A DNA stretch of 64,000 bases from an uncultured Gemmatimonadales bacterium (GCA_963695555.1 CAVOGR010000001.1:32001-96000); one strand, 5' to 3'. Positions 1 to 9,684 are shown, counted from the first letter of the stretch. Numbers and translations are program-made. Notes: generated from the letters alone by a model not told the origin.

Positions 1-2
1 AT

Positions 3-788
3 GATGTCGGCATTACCGAGACGAAGGGTGGGGAGCGGGCTGCCACGCGCACCCTCCGCCGGTTTCTCGAGCTCAGGCTGTCGCGCTACGCCGAGGAGCG
101 GAATCAGCCCGAGGTTGACGCCACCAGCGGCTTATCGCCCTATCTCCACTTCGGCCACATCTCGCCGCATCAGGTGTTCCGGGAGCTCATGGACTGGGAC
201 GGCTGGACCCCCGACAAGCTCGCGGCCAAGGCCACCGGCAGCCGGAGCGGCTGGTGGGGCGCAAGCGAAGCGACCGAGGCCTTTCTCGACGAGTTCATCA
301 CCTGGCGCGAAGTGGGCTACAACATGTCGTGGCAGCGTGACGACAACGAGCGCTACGAATCGCTGCCCGACTGGGCCAGGATCACACTGGGGGAGCACGA
401 CCAGGACCGCCGTGAGCATGTCTATTCATTAGAGCAGTTCGCGGCGGCGGAGACCCACGACGACCTCTGGAACGCGGCCCAGCGAGAGCTCACCCGGGAG
501 GGCCGGATCCACAACTACCTGCGCATGCTCTGGGGCAAGAAGATTCTCGAGTGGACCCGGAGCCCGCGCGCGGCGCTCGACATCATGATCGAACTCAACA
601 ACCGCTATGCGCTGGATGGGAGGAACCCCAACAGCACGAGCGGCATCTGCTGGGTGCTGGGCCGCTACGACCGGGCCTGGGGCCCCGAGCGCCCGATCTT
701 CGGCAAGATCCGATACATGTCGAGCGCCAACACCGCGCGGAAGGTGAGGGTGGGGGGATACATTGAAAAGTATGGAGCTGTGGACTGA
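3..788 (+). CDS. phr: Class II CPD photolyase, C-terminal part (5' truncated by window edge)
   Basis: Frame open from nt 3: GGERAA..., TSGLSPYLHFGHIS, FLDEFITWRE, THDDLWNAAQ, IHNYLRMLWGKKILEW, LNNRYALDGRNPN, PIFGKIRYMS are class II photolyase FAD-domain motifs. Confidence 0.93.
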   Translation, partial: DVGITETKGGERAATRTLRRFLELRLSRYAEERNQPEVDATSGLSPYLHFGHISPHQVFRELMDWDGWTPDKLAAKATGSRSGWWGASEATEAFLDEFITWREVGYNMSWQRDDNERYESLPDWARITLGEHDQDRREHVYSLEQFAAAETHDDLWNAAQRELTREGRIHNYLRMLWGKKILEWTRSPRAALDIMIELNNRYALDGRNPNSTSGICWVLGRYDRAWGPERPIFGKIRYMSSANTARKVRVGGYIEKYGAVD

Positions 789-789
789 G

Positions 790-866
790 AGCTATTAGCT
801 ATTAGCTATTAGCTATTGGTCAAAGCATTGCCTTCTCGGCGAGCCAATAGCCAATAGCCAATAGCC
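790..866. repeat. Mirror pair of heptamer arrays: (AGCTATT)x4 at 790-817 and (AGCCAAT)x3 at 842-862
   Basis: Read directly; the two arrays are approximate reverse complements. Confidence 0.9.
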
Positions 867-928
867 CTCCGCCTACCCCCGCTCTTTCTCCCTGCTACCT
901 TTCTCCAACTGTCACTCCGGAGCCCCCT

Positions 929-1849
929 GTGCCCACCATCGCCTGCATTGGCGGCACCACGCTCGACCGGCGGGCCCGCGCCCACAGCCCGCTGATCACG
1001 GGCACGTCCAATCCCGCGACGGTCACTACCAAGCCCGGCGGGGTCGCACGGAACGTGGCCGACTGGCTCAGCCAGCTCGGTGTGGACGTGGCGCTCTACT
1101 CGGCGCTGGGCGATGACCGCGCGGGCTACGACCTCCTGCGGCAGCTCGCGACCAACGGGGTCGATGTGTCCGGCGTGCGACGCTCGGCCGATCTTCCCAC
1201 GGCGACGTACACCGCAGCCCTGGAGCCGGATGGCGAGCTCGCGCTCGGGCTTGCGGACATGGAGATCTTCGAGCGGCTGGACGCGGACTGGTGTGACTCG
1301 ATTGCACCGGCGATCGAGCAATGCCCCCTCTGGTTGGTGGATGCCAACCTGCCTCGGGCCACGCTCGACTACCTGCTCAACACCTACGGCGACAACGCCA
1401 CCATCGTGGCCGATCCGGTGTCGGTGGCCAAGGCCGAACGGTTGCGGCCCTACTTGGATGCGGTGGACGTGGTGTTCCCCGACCGGAAAGAAGCCGCGAT
1501 CCTGAGCGGTCTCCTGACCGAAACGCCCGAACAGGTCGCGGCCGCCGCGGCCCAGATCTGGGACCTCGGCCCCGGCATGGTCATCGTATCGCTCGGCGCC
1601 GACGGCATCTATCTGGAGGACGGCACCCGACACGAGGCGATCCCCTCGATTCCGGCCAACCAGGTGAGCGATGTAACCGGTGCGGGCGACGCCCTCGTCG
1701 CCGGATATCTCTACGGCCTCGCGACCGACCACGGCGACCCCGTCCGGTGCGGCCTGGCCGCGGCCAGCCTGGCGCTCGAGGTGAATGCCGGACAGGCCGA
1801 CGGGATGACGGTGGATGCGCTGATGGAAAGAGTGAGGAGTGAGGAGTGA
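929..1849 (+). CDS. psuK: PfkB-family kinase, probable pseudouridine kinase
   Basis: PGGVARNVA and DVTGAGDA PfkB signatures; directly upstream of psuG. Confidence 0.85.
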   Translation: MPTIACIGGTTLDRRARAHSPLITGTSNPATVTTKPGGVARNVADWLSQLGVDVALYSALGDDRAGYDLLRQLATNGVDVSGVRRSADLPTATYTAALEPDGELALGLADMEIFERLDADWCDSIAPAIEQCPLWLVDANLPRATLDYLLNTYGDNATIVADPVSVAKAERLRPYLDAVDVVFPDRKEAAILSGLLTETPEQVAAAAAQIWDLGPGMVIVSLGADGIYLEDGTRHEAIPSIPANQVSDVTGAGDALVAGYLYGLATDHGDPVRCGLAAASLALEVNAGQADGMTVDALMERVRSEE

Positions 1850-1851
1850 GG
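1831..1851 (+). repeat. (AGTGAGG)x3 heptamer array containing the psuK stop codon
   Basis: Read directly; TGA 1847-1849 lies in unit 3. Confidence 0.85.
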
Positions 1852-1986
1852 CGGCTGCTAGGAAGTGGGGACGTAGGGGTGTAGGAGGAAGGAAGTCGGG
1901 GACTTAGCAGGTTCGGTGGATTGCCTCCTACGATCCTACATCCTACCCACCTACAAGCCTAGCGCTACCGGCTAGCCGAGCAACAT

Positions 1987-2904
1987 ATGCACCTCTTACA
2001 CATCCGCCCCGAAGTTCGTGACGCGCTGGCCGAGCGTCGCCCGGTCGTGGCGCTCGAATCGACGGTCATCGCGCATGGGTTGCCGAGGCCGCGGAACCTC
2101 GAGACCGCGAGGGCGCTCGAGGCCCAGGTGCGGGAGGAGGGGGCGGTGCCCGCCACCATCGGTATCGTCGACGGGCGGGCGGTGATCGGCTTGTCCGATC
2201 GGGAGCTCGAGACGCTGGCCACGACGGATCATGTGCTCAAGACGAGCACGGCCGACATTGCCGCCGTGGTCGCGTCGAAGGGACTCGGAGCCACCACCGT
2301 GGCGGGCACGGCATATCTCGCCGCCAGAGCCGGGATCAGGGTCATGGCCACGGGCGGCATCGGTGGGGTCCACCGTGGCGGCGACGAGACCTTTGACATT
2401 TCGGCCGATCTGACCGAGCTCGCCCGGAGCCGGATTGCGGTGGTATCGGCCGGAGCCAAATCGGTACTCGACCTGGCCAGGACCCTCGAGGTGCTGGAGA
2501 CCATAGGCGTGCCGGTCGTGGGATACGGCACCACCGAATTTCCGGCCTTCTATTCGCGGGACAGCGGCCTCACCCTGGTGCACCGGGTGAACACGCCGGC
2601 GGAAGCGGCGCGGCTGGTCGAGGCTCAGTGGGAGCTGGGTCTTTCGTCGGCCATCGTGTTCGCCAACCCGCCGCCGCGCGACGTTGCGATCGATCGCTGG
2701 GAGGTGGAGACCTGGATCGGGCAGGCGCTCGAGGCCGCGGAGACCCACAGCATCACCGGCAAGGCGGTCACCCCGTATTTGTTGGCGGAACTGGTGCTCC
2801 TGAGCCATAGCCGCACACTCGAGACCAACGTGGCGGTGCTCCTTAACAACGCACGTCTCGCCGGTCGGATAGCAAAGGAGTGGGGAGTAGGGAGTAGGGA
2901 GTAG
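1987..2904 (+). CDS. psuG: Pseudouridine-5'-phosphate glycosidase (IndA/PsuG family)
   Basis: VVALESTVIAHG, ATTVAGT, ATGGIGGVHRG, DISADLTEL, GAKSVLD, GKAVTPYLL. Confidence 0.96.
   Translation: MHLLHIRPEVRDALAERRPVVALESTVIAHGLPRPRNLETARALEAQVREEGAVPATIGIVDGRAVIGLSDRELETLATTDHVLKTSTADIAAVVASKGLGATTVAGTAYLAARAGIRVMATGGIGGVHRGGDETFDISADLTELARSRIAVVSAGAKSVLDLARTLEVLETIGVPVVGYGTTEFPAFYSRDSGLTLVHRVNTPAEAARLVEAQWELGLSSAIVFANPPPRDVAIDRWEVETWIGQALEAAETHSITGKAVTPYLLAELVLLSHSRTLETNVAVLLNNARLAGRIAKEWGVGSRE
2883..2904 (+). repeat. (GGGAGTA)x3 array providing the psuG stop
   Basis: Read directly. Confidence 0.9.
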
Positions 2905-2934
2905 GGGGTGAGGAGGACCGGAAAACCACGGAAC

Positions 2935-3053
2935 TGTCATCCCGAGGGAGCGGAGCGCCCGAGGGATCTCATGAACGCGTGCCCCGAGCCTTGTGTGAGT
3001 GAACGAAATTCGGGAAAGCGTTGAGGAGATCCCTCGCTGCGCTCGGGATGACA
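2935..3053. repeat. REP/MITE-like nested inverted repeat element
   Basis: TGTCATCCCGAG (2935-2946) pairs with CTCGGGATGACA (3042-3053); inner CGAGGGATCTC pairs with GAGATCCCTCG. Confidence 0.8.
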
Positions 3054-3069
3054 CCGAGCACAACGTCCG

Positions 3070-3090
3070 ACTCCCTACTCCCTACTCCCT
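3070..3090 (-). repeat. (ACTCCCT)x3 array (GGGAGTA family, minus strand) providing the SRPBCC gene stop
   Basis: Read directly. Confidence 0.9.
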
Positions 3091-3521
3091 GCACTCACGT
3101 ACTCCGCTAGCTCCCGCAGCTCTCGTTTCCACCCGGCCACATTCGCCTCGTAGTGCTTGGTGGTAGTGAAGCCGGTTTCTTCGAGCCGGAGCGTGGTGCC
3201 GCCGTCGTGACGTGGCGCAAGGGTCCACTCGACGCGCGTCGTGATGCCCACGTCGACCGGAATGCCGGGCTCGAGCGACCAGCGCCACGCAAGTCTCCGA
3301 TGTGGCTGGATGATCTCGAACTTGGCTGCGTGGCGGCCGTGTGTGCGCCAGGTCCAGGCGCCGTTGCCCCCGGGCCGGAGGTCGACTTCCGCCTGGTCGG
3401 AAAACCAGTGGCTGAGTTCGATCGGGTCGGTCAGCGCTCGCCATAGGCGCTCGGGTGGGGCCGCGAGGTCCAGCGTTCGCTCGATGGCGGGGATGTGCCG
3501 GGTCTGTGAGCCGCTGATCAT
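3075..3521 (-). CDS. SRPBCC/AHSA1-like domain protein
   Basis: IERTLDLAAPPERLWRALTDP..LSHWF, DLRPGG, GGTTLRLEETGF, GW; GGAGGAG RBS before ATG 3521. Confidence 0.88.
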   Translation of the reverse strand: MISGSQTRHIPAIERTLDLAAPPERLWRALTDPIELSHWFSDQAEVDLRPGGNGAWTWRTHGRHAAKFEIIQPHRRLAWRWSLEPGIPVDVGITTRVEWTLAPRHDGGTTLRLEETGFTTTKHYEANVAGWKRELRELAEYVSAGSRE

Positions 3522-3787
3522 GCTGCTCCTCCGTCCAGCCTTCACTTACCAATATACCGAAAAAGCAGCCGGTCGAGCAGTTCCTGGCCTGCCTCCGGCG
3601 TTGTGGCCTCGTGGGCGCACTCTTGTGGCTGGTCCTGCCGCGACGCTTGTCGCTGACCGGCCTTCCGGCCATGTTTCCTCAGCTCATTCCTCGCCAGAAT
3701 ATGCTCCAGGCGTCACCAAACGCGCCCGGATTCGTATGTGATGCTACCCCCTACGTCGAGGCATCACCCAACATTTGGAGGCTTTAC

Positions 3788-5296
3788 ATGAAGACGGTAC
3801 CAGCAGTTGCACTATTTTCGGCTCTTTTGGTCGCGGCAGGTTGCGCGCCTAAGGAGGCAGGGATCGAGGCCGCGTCCTCGGAGGTCATGATGAAGTTGCC
3901 GGTGACCACGGCATCCGACGCGGCACGCCAAGAGTTCTTCGAAGGCACCTTCGCGGCCGATATGGGCCGGGCCAACGACGCCAACACCCACTTCGAAAAG
4001 GCTGTGGCGGCGGATCCAGTCTTTGCCGCGGGCTATCTCCAGGTTGCCGCCACCGCGGCATCGACCGAGAAATTCTCGGCCAACCTGGCCAAAGCGGTTG
4101 AGAACGCGGCCAATGCGTCGCGGGCCGAGCAGTTGATGATCGACGTGATGCAGAAGGGATTCGAGAACAACACCGAGAGCCAGCTGGCCGCGGCGCGGCA
4201 GTTGGTGGAGGTGCAAGGCGACAGTCCCCGGGCCTGGCTCACGCTGGCCGGCGTTCAATCCGGCCTGAACCAGATGGCCGATGCCCGCCAGTCGCTGGCC
4301 AAGGCTATCGAACTGGCCCCGAATTTCGCGGCCGCGCACATGCAGGCCGGCAACAACTACATGTTCCTCGAGCCCAAGGACTTTGCGAAGGCGGAGGAGC
4401 ACTTCCGGAAGGCCATCGAGTTGGCGCCGAACGAGGCCACGCCGTACGACTTGATGGGCGACGTGCATCGGGCGCAGGGTAAGCTCGAGGCCGCGGCTGA
4501 GGATTACACCATGGCTGCCGCGCGGGCGCCGGAGGATGGCTCGCCGCTGCAGCAGCGTGGGCACGTGCATTCCTTCCTCGGGAACTACGACGCGGCTCGC
4601 GCCGATTACACTAGGGCCATGGAGCTCGAGACGGCCAAGGGCAACAACAACGCGCCGTTCTACGCTGTGTTCCGGTCCTATGTGAACATCTATGAGGGTA
4701 AGCCCGAGGCCGCTATCGCCGAGTTGCGCGAGCAGGTCGCGGCGGCGGATGCGATGACCGTCGAGGGCAAGACCGACATCAAGATCAACGCCCTGACCAA
4801 CATCGTGCAGATCTCGCTCCACTCCGGTGACTTCGCGACCGCGCGGCAGGCCATCGACGACTTGGCAGTGCTGCTCCGGCAGCAGGCTGACGTGGTTGGG
4901 AAGGACCAATTCCGTCGGGGCCAGGAAGCCACGATCACCTATTGGGATGGCATGCTGGCGGCACGGCAGGGGAATTTGAAGGGTGCCAAGGCCAAGGCCC
5001 AGGAATTTGCAACCCTGGTGGAGCCGGATCCCAACCCGCGGAAGCTCGAGCCCATGCATCAGATCATGGGCATCGCCGAGTATTTCCAGAACAACTACGC
5101 CGCTGCTGATGAGCACCTGGCGGCAGGAAACCCCAACAACATTTACATGAAATACTATCGGGGCCTGATCCAGGAGAAGATGGGCAACGCCGATGCCGCC
5201 CACGCGATCTTCGACGAGCTCACGACCTACAACTTCAACAACGTCAACTACGCGATGATCCGGAGCGACGTGTTGAAGGCGGCGGGAGAACACTAG
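3788..5296 (+). CDS. TPR-repeat lipoprotein
   Basis: GGAGG RBS, signal peptide with lipobox AAGC, repeated AIELAPN-type TPR motifs. Confidence 0.85.
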   Translation: MKTVPAVALFSALLVAAGCAPKEAGIEAASSEVMMKLPVTTASDAARQEFFEGTFAADMGRANDANTHFEKAVAADPVFAAGYLQVAATAASTEKFSANLAKAVENAANASRAEQLMIDVMQKGFENNTESQLAAARQLVEVQGDSPRAWLTLAGVQSGLNQMADARQSLAKAIELAPNFAAAHMQAGNNYMFLEPKDFAKAEEHFRKAIELAPNEATPYDLMGDVHRAQGKLEAAAEDYTMAAARAPEDGSPLQQRGHVHSFLGNYDAARADYTRAMELETAKGNNNAPFYAVFRSYVNIYEGKPEAAIAELREQVAAADAMTVEGKTDIKINALTNIVQISLHSGDFATARQAIDDLAVLLRQQADVVGKDQFRRGQEATITYWDGMLAARQGNLKGAKAKAQEFATLVEPDPNPRKLEPMHQIMGIAEYFQNNYAAADEHLAAGNPNNIYMKYYRGLIQEKMGNADAAHAIFDELTTYNFNNVNYAMIRSDVLKAAGEH

Positions 5297-5337
5297 GGAA
5301 ACGCAGTACGTAGATAACAGGAATGTTGGAAGTAGTC

Positions 5338-5366
5338 GAACGAGGGCGGAGTCTCCGCCCTCGTTC
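5338..5366. terminator. Perfect hairpin between convergent genes, probable bidirectional terminator
   Basis: GAACGAGGGCGGAG-T-CTCCGCCCTCGTTC. Confidence 0.7.
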
Positions 5367-5398
5367 TTCACATCCTACCTCCCTACCACCTGCTTCTC

Positions 5399-5938
5399 TC
5401 AGCACTCCCCTCGGCGATGCCGCTCGGGCGCGCACTCGAGCCCGCCCGATTCCCAGAGCCCGCGGCGGGCCTCGCGCGCGACCGCCTCGGCGGCGCGGAA
5501 CCGGTCGACGTAGCGCACGTTCGGCGGGACCGTATACAGCACCGCCCAGCCGCGCTCCAGCATGCGCTCGTTCACCAGCACCTGGCCGGCCCAGACGTAG
5601 GCCAGCGTCCGGCCGTAGCGGTCGGTTGGGACAACGTCTTGTTCCAGCCATACCGCGCCCGTGTCCGGCAGCAGCTCGGCCAGGGCGGTCCGCGCCGCGG
5701 TGAAGGTCAGGCCCTGATCCCGCTCCGGTGAGTCGATGCCGATCAGCCGGACCTTGAGGCCGCCGCGGCAGTGGATGGTGTCACCATCGACCACCCGCGC
5801 CACCACGCATTGGCTGCGTGCGACACTTTGCGAGCAGGCCGGGGCCACAATGACGAGAACGAGTGGCACCCAGAAGAGGGAGTAGGGAGTAGGGAGTGGG
5901 GACTGGGTCTTGCTCGAACTCCACCGATGAAATCGCAT
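5399..5938 (-). CDS. Thermonuclease (SNase-like), probably exported; start uncertain
   Basis: VVDGDTI, VRLIGIDSPE, DRYGRTLAYV, VNERMLERGWA, AREARRGLW. Confidence 0.92.
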   Translation of the reverse strand: MRFHRWSSSKTQSPLPTPYSLFWVPLVLVIVAPACSQSVARSQCVVARVVDGDTIHCRGGLKVRLIGIDSPERDQGLTFTAARTALAELLPDTGAVWLEQDVVPTDRYGRTLAYVWAGQVLVNERMLERGWAVLYTVPPNVRYVDRFRAAEAVAREARRGLWESGGLECAPERHRRGEC

Positions 5939-6045
5939 GCGCCCGCGCCTCTCTTTGGTGACCCCTGCGCACCTCACTTCTTATTCCTTACGCTCTTGTT
6001 CTCACTCCCTACTCCCTACTCCCTACTCCCTACTCCCTACTCCCT
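5878..6045. repeat. Mirror pair: GGGAGTA x3 (5878-5898) and ACTCCCT x6 (6004-6045)
   Basis: Read directly; the second array contains the phosphatase stop. Confidence 0.9.
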
Positions 6046-7639
6046 GTAGCACCCTTCCGTCGATCGCTCCGGCCGGCCGCACGCCCAGCAGCGCTGCGAG
6101 AGTCGGTGCGATGTCCACGGTTCGCACCCGCTGCGCGTGCCGGCCCGGCGCGATGCCGGGGCCGGCGAAGAGGAGCGGCACGTGGGTGTCGTGCGGGTGC
6201 GGGCTGCCGTGCGAGGTCCCGTTGGGACTATTGGTAATCAGGATGTCCTCCCGGGGCACGATCATCACGTCTGCGGAGCGGCCGAGGTAGTAGCTACGGC
6301 GATAGGCATCGAAGTACGGGCGGGTGCTATCGGGTCCCGCGACGAGTTCGTCCGACGTGTAGGCCTCGAGCACCGCGGGCGACTGTCGGAGTGCCATGGC
6401 CATCATGCGCCGCGCGTCAACCTGGTTCTGCTCTCCGGTACCGGGTGGAAATTCCATCACCACTCCGCCGGACATGGTGATCGCGGGAGCGGTGGTGTCG
6501 GCCGCGAGGGCCTGCATCACGAGGGTGTCCAGCGCGCGCCGCGAGGCCCGTGCCGCGCGGAAGCCGCGGCGGGCCGATTCTTCCGGCATCGTCATTACCC
6601 CGTGGTCGGCCGTGAGGGTCACGGCGTAGTTGGCCCGGCCGACCGTCTGATCCAGGAAGACGAACAGCGAGTCGAGCTGGAGGTCGAGCCGGAGATAGAA
6701 GTCTTCCACTTCCTGACTGTACGGACCGTAGGCATGGCCGACGTAGTCGGCGGCGGACAGCCCGATGAACAGGATATCGGGCCGCTCGTCGGCCCCCAGT
6801 CGCTCGTTCGTCACGAGCTCCCGCGCGAAGGCCAGGGTGACTTCATCGGCGAAGGGTGAGCGCAAGAAGATCCGGTCGTAGAACCGCTGCCAGCCGCCGT
6901 CTTCTTCGCGGGCTTCGATCAGGTGTGGGAAGGTGGAACTCCCGCTATCGTACTCCGGGGCGAAATCATCCTCCCGTGAGGCGACGTAGGTCGACTCGGC
7001 ATAGAGCCGCTCCCAGTGCCGGCCGTTGTAGGCCGCGGCGGGCTCGGCCGCGTTGAACTGGCTCACCCACTCCGGGTAGTCGGATCGGTAATAGACCGAA
7101 GTGACGAAGTGGCCGGTGGCGGCGTAGTACCAATAGACGCCGTCCGGCCGTTTCCCACCCATCGCGATCGCGGCTCGGTCTTTGATGGCGACGGAAAAGA
7201 CCCGGCTCCGCGGCGAGCGCCGCTTGAGCCAGTCACCCAAGGCGGTGGTCTTCATGTTGGCCGGTGAGCGGCCCGGTGCGTCGGGTATGCCCACGATCGG
7301 CGCCGCAGGATCATCGAACGAGTAGACTGTCCGGTGCGTCGAGCGATCGTACCAGTTGTTCTGCATGATTCCGTTGCGGGAGGGAAAGGCGCCCGTCGAG
7401 ATCGCCGCATGTCCCGGTGCGGTTTCCGTCAACGCGTGGTCCTGGTAGGCGTCGGTGAATACCGCTCCGTCACGAAGGAGCCGTGCCAGTCCGCCAGTGA
7501 AGCGGTCGTCGAAGCGGTCCAGGTAGTCCGGCCGCATCTGGTCGACGGCGATGACCACCACGAGCCGCGGCCCCTCGAGCGGCGGCCGGCAGGCGAGGAA
7601 GGAGACCAGCAGAACGGAGAGACAGCGTGCACGAATCAT
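6023..7639 (-). CDS. Alkaline phosphatase/nucleotide pyrophosphatase superfamily lipoprotein (PafA-like)
   Basis: Lipobox FLAC; VDQMR, TETAPGHAAISTG (Thr nucleophile), KDRAA, DYVGHAYGP, TADHG, HGSP..DTHVPL. Confidence 0.92.
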   Translation of the reverse strand: MIRARCLSVLLVSFLACRPPLEGPRLVVVIAVDQMRPDYLDRFDDRFTGGLARLLRDGAVFTDAYQDHALTETAPGHAAISTGAFPSRNGIMQNNWYDRSTHRTVYSFDDPAAPIVGIPDAPGRSPANMKTTALGDWLKRRSPRSRVFSVAIKDRAAIAMGGKRPDGVYWYYAATGHFVTSVYYRSDYPEWVSQFNAAEPAAAYNGRHWERLYAESTYVASREDDFAPEYDSGSSTFPHLIEAREEDGGWQRFYDRIFLRSPFADEVTLAFARELVTNERLGADERPDILFIGLSAADYVGHAYGPYSQEVEDFYLRLDLQLDSLFVFLDQTVGRANYAVTLTADHGVMTMPEESARRGFRAARASRRALDTLVMQALAADTTAPAITMSGGVVMEFPPGTGEQNQVDARRMMAMALRQSPAVLEAYTSDELVAGPDSTRPYFDAYRRSYYLGRSADVMIVPREDILITNSPNGTSHGSPHPHDTHVPLLFAGPGIAPGRHAQRVRTVDIAPTLAALLGVRPAGAIDGRVLQGVGSRE

Positions 7640-7684
7640 CGATCGTGGCTCAGGGAGTGTGAACAGTGTTAGGAAGTAGCTAAC

Positions 7685-7748
7685 AGTAAGTAGTAAGTAG
7701 TAAGTAGTGAGTAGTAAGTAGTGAGTGGTGACTAGTGAGTAGTGAGTA
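7685..7748 (+). repeat. AGTAAGT/AGTGAGT heptamer array (about 9 units); degenerate C-rich CTACCAC/CTACCTC array follows at about 7776-7820
   Basis: Read directly. Confidence 0.88.
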
Positions 7749-7815
7749 GCTGACCATGGGTAGCTAAACAGTGCCCTACCACCCTACCACCTACCTCCTA
7801 CCTCCTATCTCCAAC

Positions 7816-9153
7816 CTACTCTTGACCCGCCTTTCCCCTCTTCCACACGATCCAAACATAGACCGGTATGCCCGCCAGCAGCAGCAGGAATCCCCAGTAG
7901 ACCGTCTCCTGACCGGAGCCGCCCACGGCCCAGAGGCTGTAGAGGAAGGCCAGCACCGCGACGATCGATGCACCGGTCAGCCGTTGGCCTTCGAAGCGCT
8001 TCTTCTCGCGGATGAAGATGATCAACTGGGCTGCTGCCGCGAACACGAACGGGATCAGGCTGGTGAGCGTCGCGAGCAAAATGATGAAGGTGAAGAGTCC
8101 TACCAGTCCGCGGGTGAAGTTGGTGGCCAGAAGGATGGTGACGAAGATGCTGGAGATGATGAGTGCGGTGTTTGGCGCCCCACTTCGGCCCACCTTGGCA
8201 AACGGCTTGGGAAATAGCCCGTCGCGAGCGGCTGCGAGCGGGATCTGTCCCTGGTTGAGGATCCAGCCATTCAGGGCACCGAAGCAGGACACGGCGGCGC
8301 CGGCAGCCACGAAATAGGCCGCCCAGGGGCCGAGCATGCGCTGGGCCGCGTCGGCGAAGGGGGCGGTGGAGGCGACCAGGTCGGCTGGGGCGATGATGCC
8401 CATGACGGCAGCGGTGGCCAGGATGTAGAGGACCGCCGTGAAGATCGTGCCGAGGATCGTGGCCCTGGGAATGGTGCGCTCCGGATCGATCACGTCGCCG
8501 GCCGGGATGGTGGCCGATTCGAGTCCGAGGAAGGCCCAGAGGGTGAGGGTCGCGGTGGCGGTGATGGCGGCGAAGTTCGACTCGCCGCTCACGTTGAGCG
8601 GCACGAAGTTGCCGGGATGGAAGAACGCGTACCCGACGGTGGCCACGAGAATGAGCGGAATCAGTTTGAGTACGGTCGTTACGACTTGGACCCGGCCCGC
8701 CATCTTGACGCCCATCACGTTGACGATGGTGAGCGTCCAGACCGCGCCACCCGCGACCGCGGCCGCCACACCCGAGCTGTTCGACAGGGCGGGCCAGAAC
8801 ACGCCGGCGTAGCTGACCATGGCCACGGCGATGGCGGCATTGCCGCACATGAGCGAGATCCAATAGCCCCAGGCGATGAGAAAGCCCATGAAGTCGCCGA
8901 AGCCTTGGCGCGAGTAGGTGTATGGGCCACCAGCCCGCGGGATCATGCGCGCCAGCCGCGCAAACACCAGGGCTACCAGAATGGCGCCGGCCGAGGTAAA
9001 CAGCCAGCCGAACATGCTGATGGAGCCGTAAGTGGCGAGCGAGGCCGGCAAGAGGAAGATGCCCGAGCCGATCATGTTGCCGATGACCAGGGCCGTGCAG
9101 GTCCAAATGCCCAGGCTCTTGGTGGTTGGATGGGGTGTCGCTGGGGTGGTCAT
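7816..9153 (-). CDS. APC-family amino acid permease (AdiC/PotE/CadB-like)
   Basis: GNMIGSGIFLLP, GGPYTY, LWAFLGLESA, about 12 hydrophobic segments. Confidence 0.92.
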   Translation of the reverse strand: MTTPATPHPTTKSLGIWTCTALVIGNMIGSGIFLLPASLATYGSISMFGWLFTSAGAILVALVFARLARMIPRAGGPYTYSRQGFGDFMGFLIAWGYWISLMCGNAAIAVAMVSYAGVFWPALSNSSGVAAAVAGGAVWTLTIVNVMGVKMAGRVQVVTTVLKLIPLILVATVGYAFFHPGNFVPLNVSGESNFAAITATATLTLWAFLGLESATIPAGDVIDPERTIPRATILGTIFTAVLYILATAAVMGIIAPADLVASTAPFADAAQRMLGPWAAYFVAAGAAVSCFGALNGWILNQGQIPLAAARDGLFPKPFAKVGRSGAPNTALIISSIFVTILLATNFTRGLVGLFTFIILLATLTSLIPFVFAAAAQLIIFIREKKRFEGQRLTGASIVAVLAFLYSLWAVGGSGQETVYWGFLLLLAGIPVYVWIVWKRGKAGQE

Positions 9154-9321
9154 GCGGCCTCGGCGGTGTGGCTGGGATGGGGGGCGATGCCATGGAAACG
9201 CACGCATCACAATACCCTGGCCGGGCAGTTGGGGCGAGGCCTGGCCTCCCGCACAATCCCGCCTCACGCCGATCGGCTTTCCTTCTAATCTCACGACCTC
9301 TTCACCTTCCTGAGGCCAACG

Positions 9322-9367
9322 TAGCAGACTAGCAGACTAGCAGACTAGCAGACTAGCGGACTAGCGG
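9322..9367 (+). repeat. (TAGCAGAC)x4 plus two degenerate units
   Basis: Read directly. Confidence 0.9.
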
Positions 9368-9420
9368 GCGGCGGTGAGCACGCCGGCCGCCAGTTGGCGT
9401 ATCTCCAAGAGGGAGGGCGT

Positions 9421-9684
9421 ATGAAACTCAACGTAAAGGCCTTGGCGCTGACCTGCGGGCTCTTCACGGGCGGGACATTGTTTTTCGTGGGCCTGGCCAA
9501 CGTGATGTGGCCGAGCTACGGCGGAGCAGTCCTCAACATGTTCGATTCGATCTACCCGGGCTATAAGGCGGCTCAGGGGTTCGGGTCGGTGATCATGGGG
9601 ACGCTCTACGGATTGGTGGACGGCGCCATCGGCGGGGCGATTTTCGGCCTGCTGTACAATGCCTTCCGTGGATCGGAGGCGTAA
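9421..9684 (+). CDS. Small two-TM membrane protein, paralog of 38441-38713
   Basis: GGAGGG RBS; hydrophobic; SIYPGY...DGAIGGAIF..LYN shared with the paralog. Confidence 0.8.
   Translation: MKLNVKALALTCGLFTGGTLFFVGLANVMWPSYGGAVLNMFDSIYPGYKAAQGFGSVIMGTLYGLVDGAIGGAIFGLLYNAFRGSEA

Noticed and set aside
3721..3740. CGCCCGGATTCGT similar to CGCCCGGGATTCGT upstream of the paralogous TPR gene (about 19154-19167)
   Set aside because: Short match at different distances from the start codons; could be chance
3812..5371. Long antisense ORFs (e.g. 3812-5371, 12678-14036, 16523-18067, 32322-33482)
   Set aside because: Shadow ORFs opposite clear genes, typical of high-GC codon bias; no motifs
6004..6045. 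Tandem repeats as possible CRISPR arrays
   Set aside because: Units are 7-8 nt without spacers and no cas genes are present
9421..9684. Holin or prophage remnant
   Set aside because: No endolysin, integrase or structural phage genes nearby
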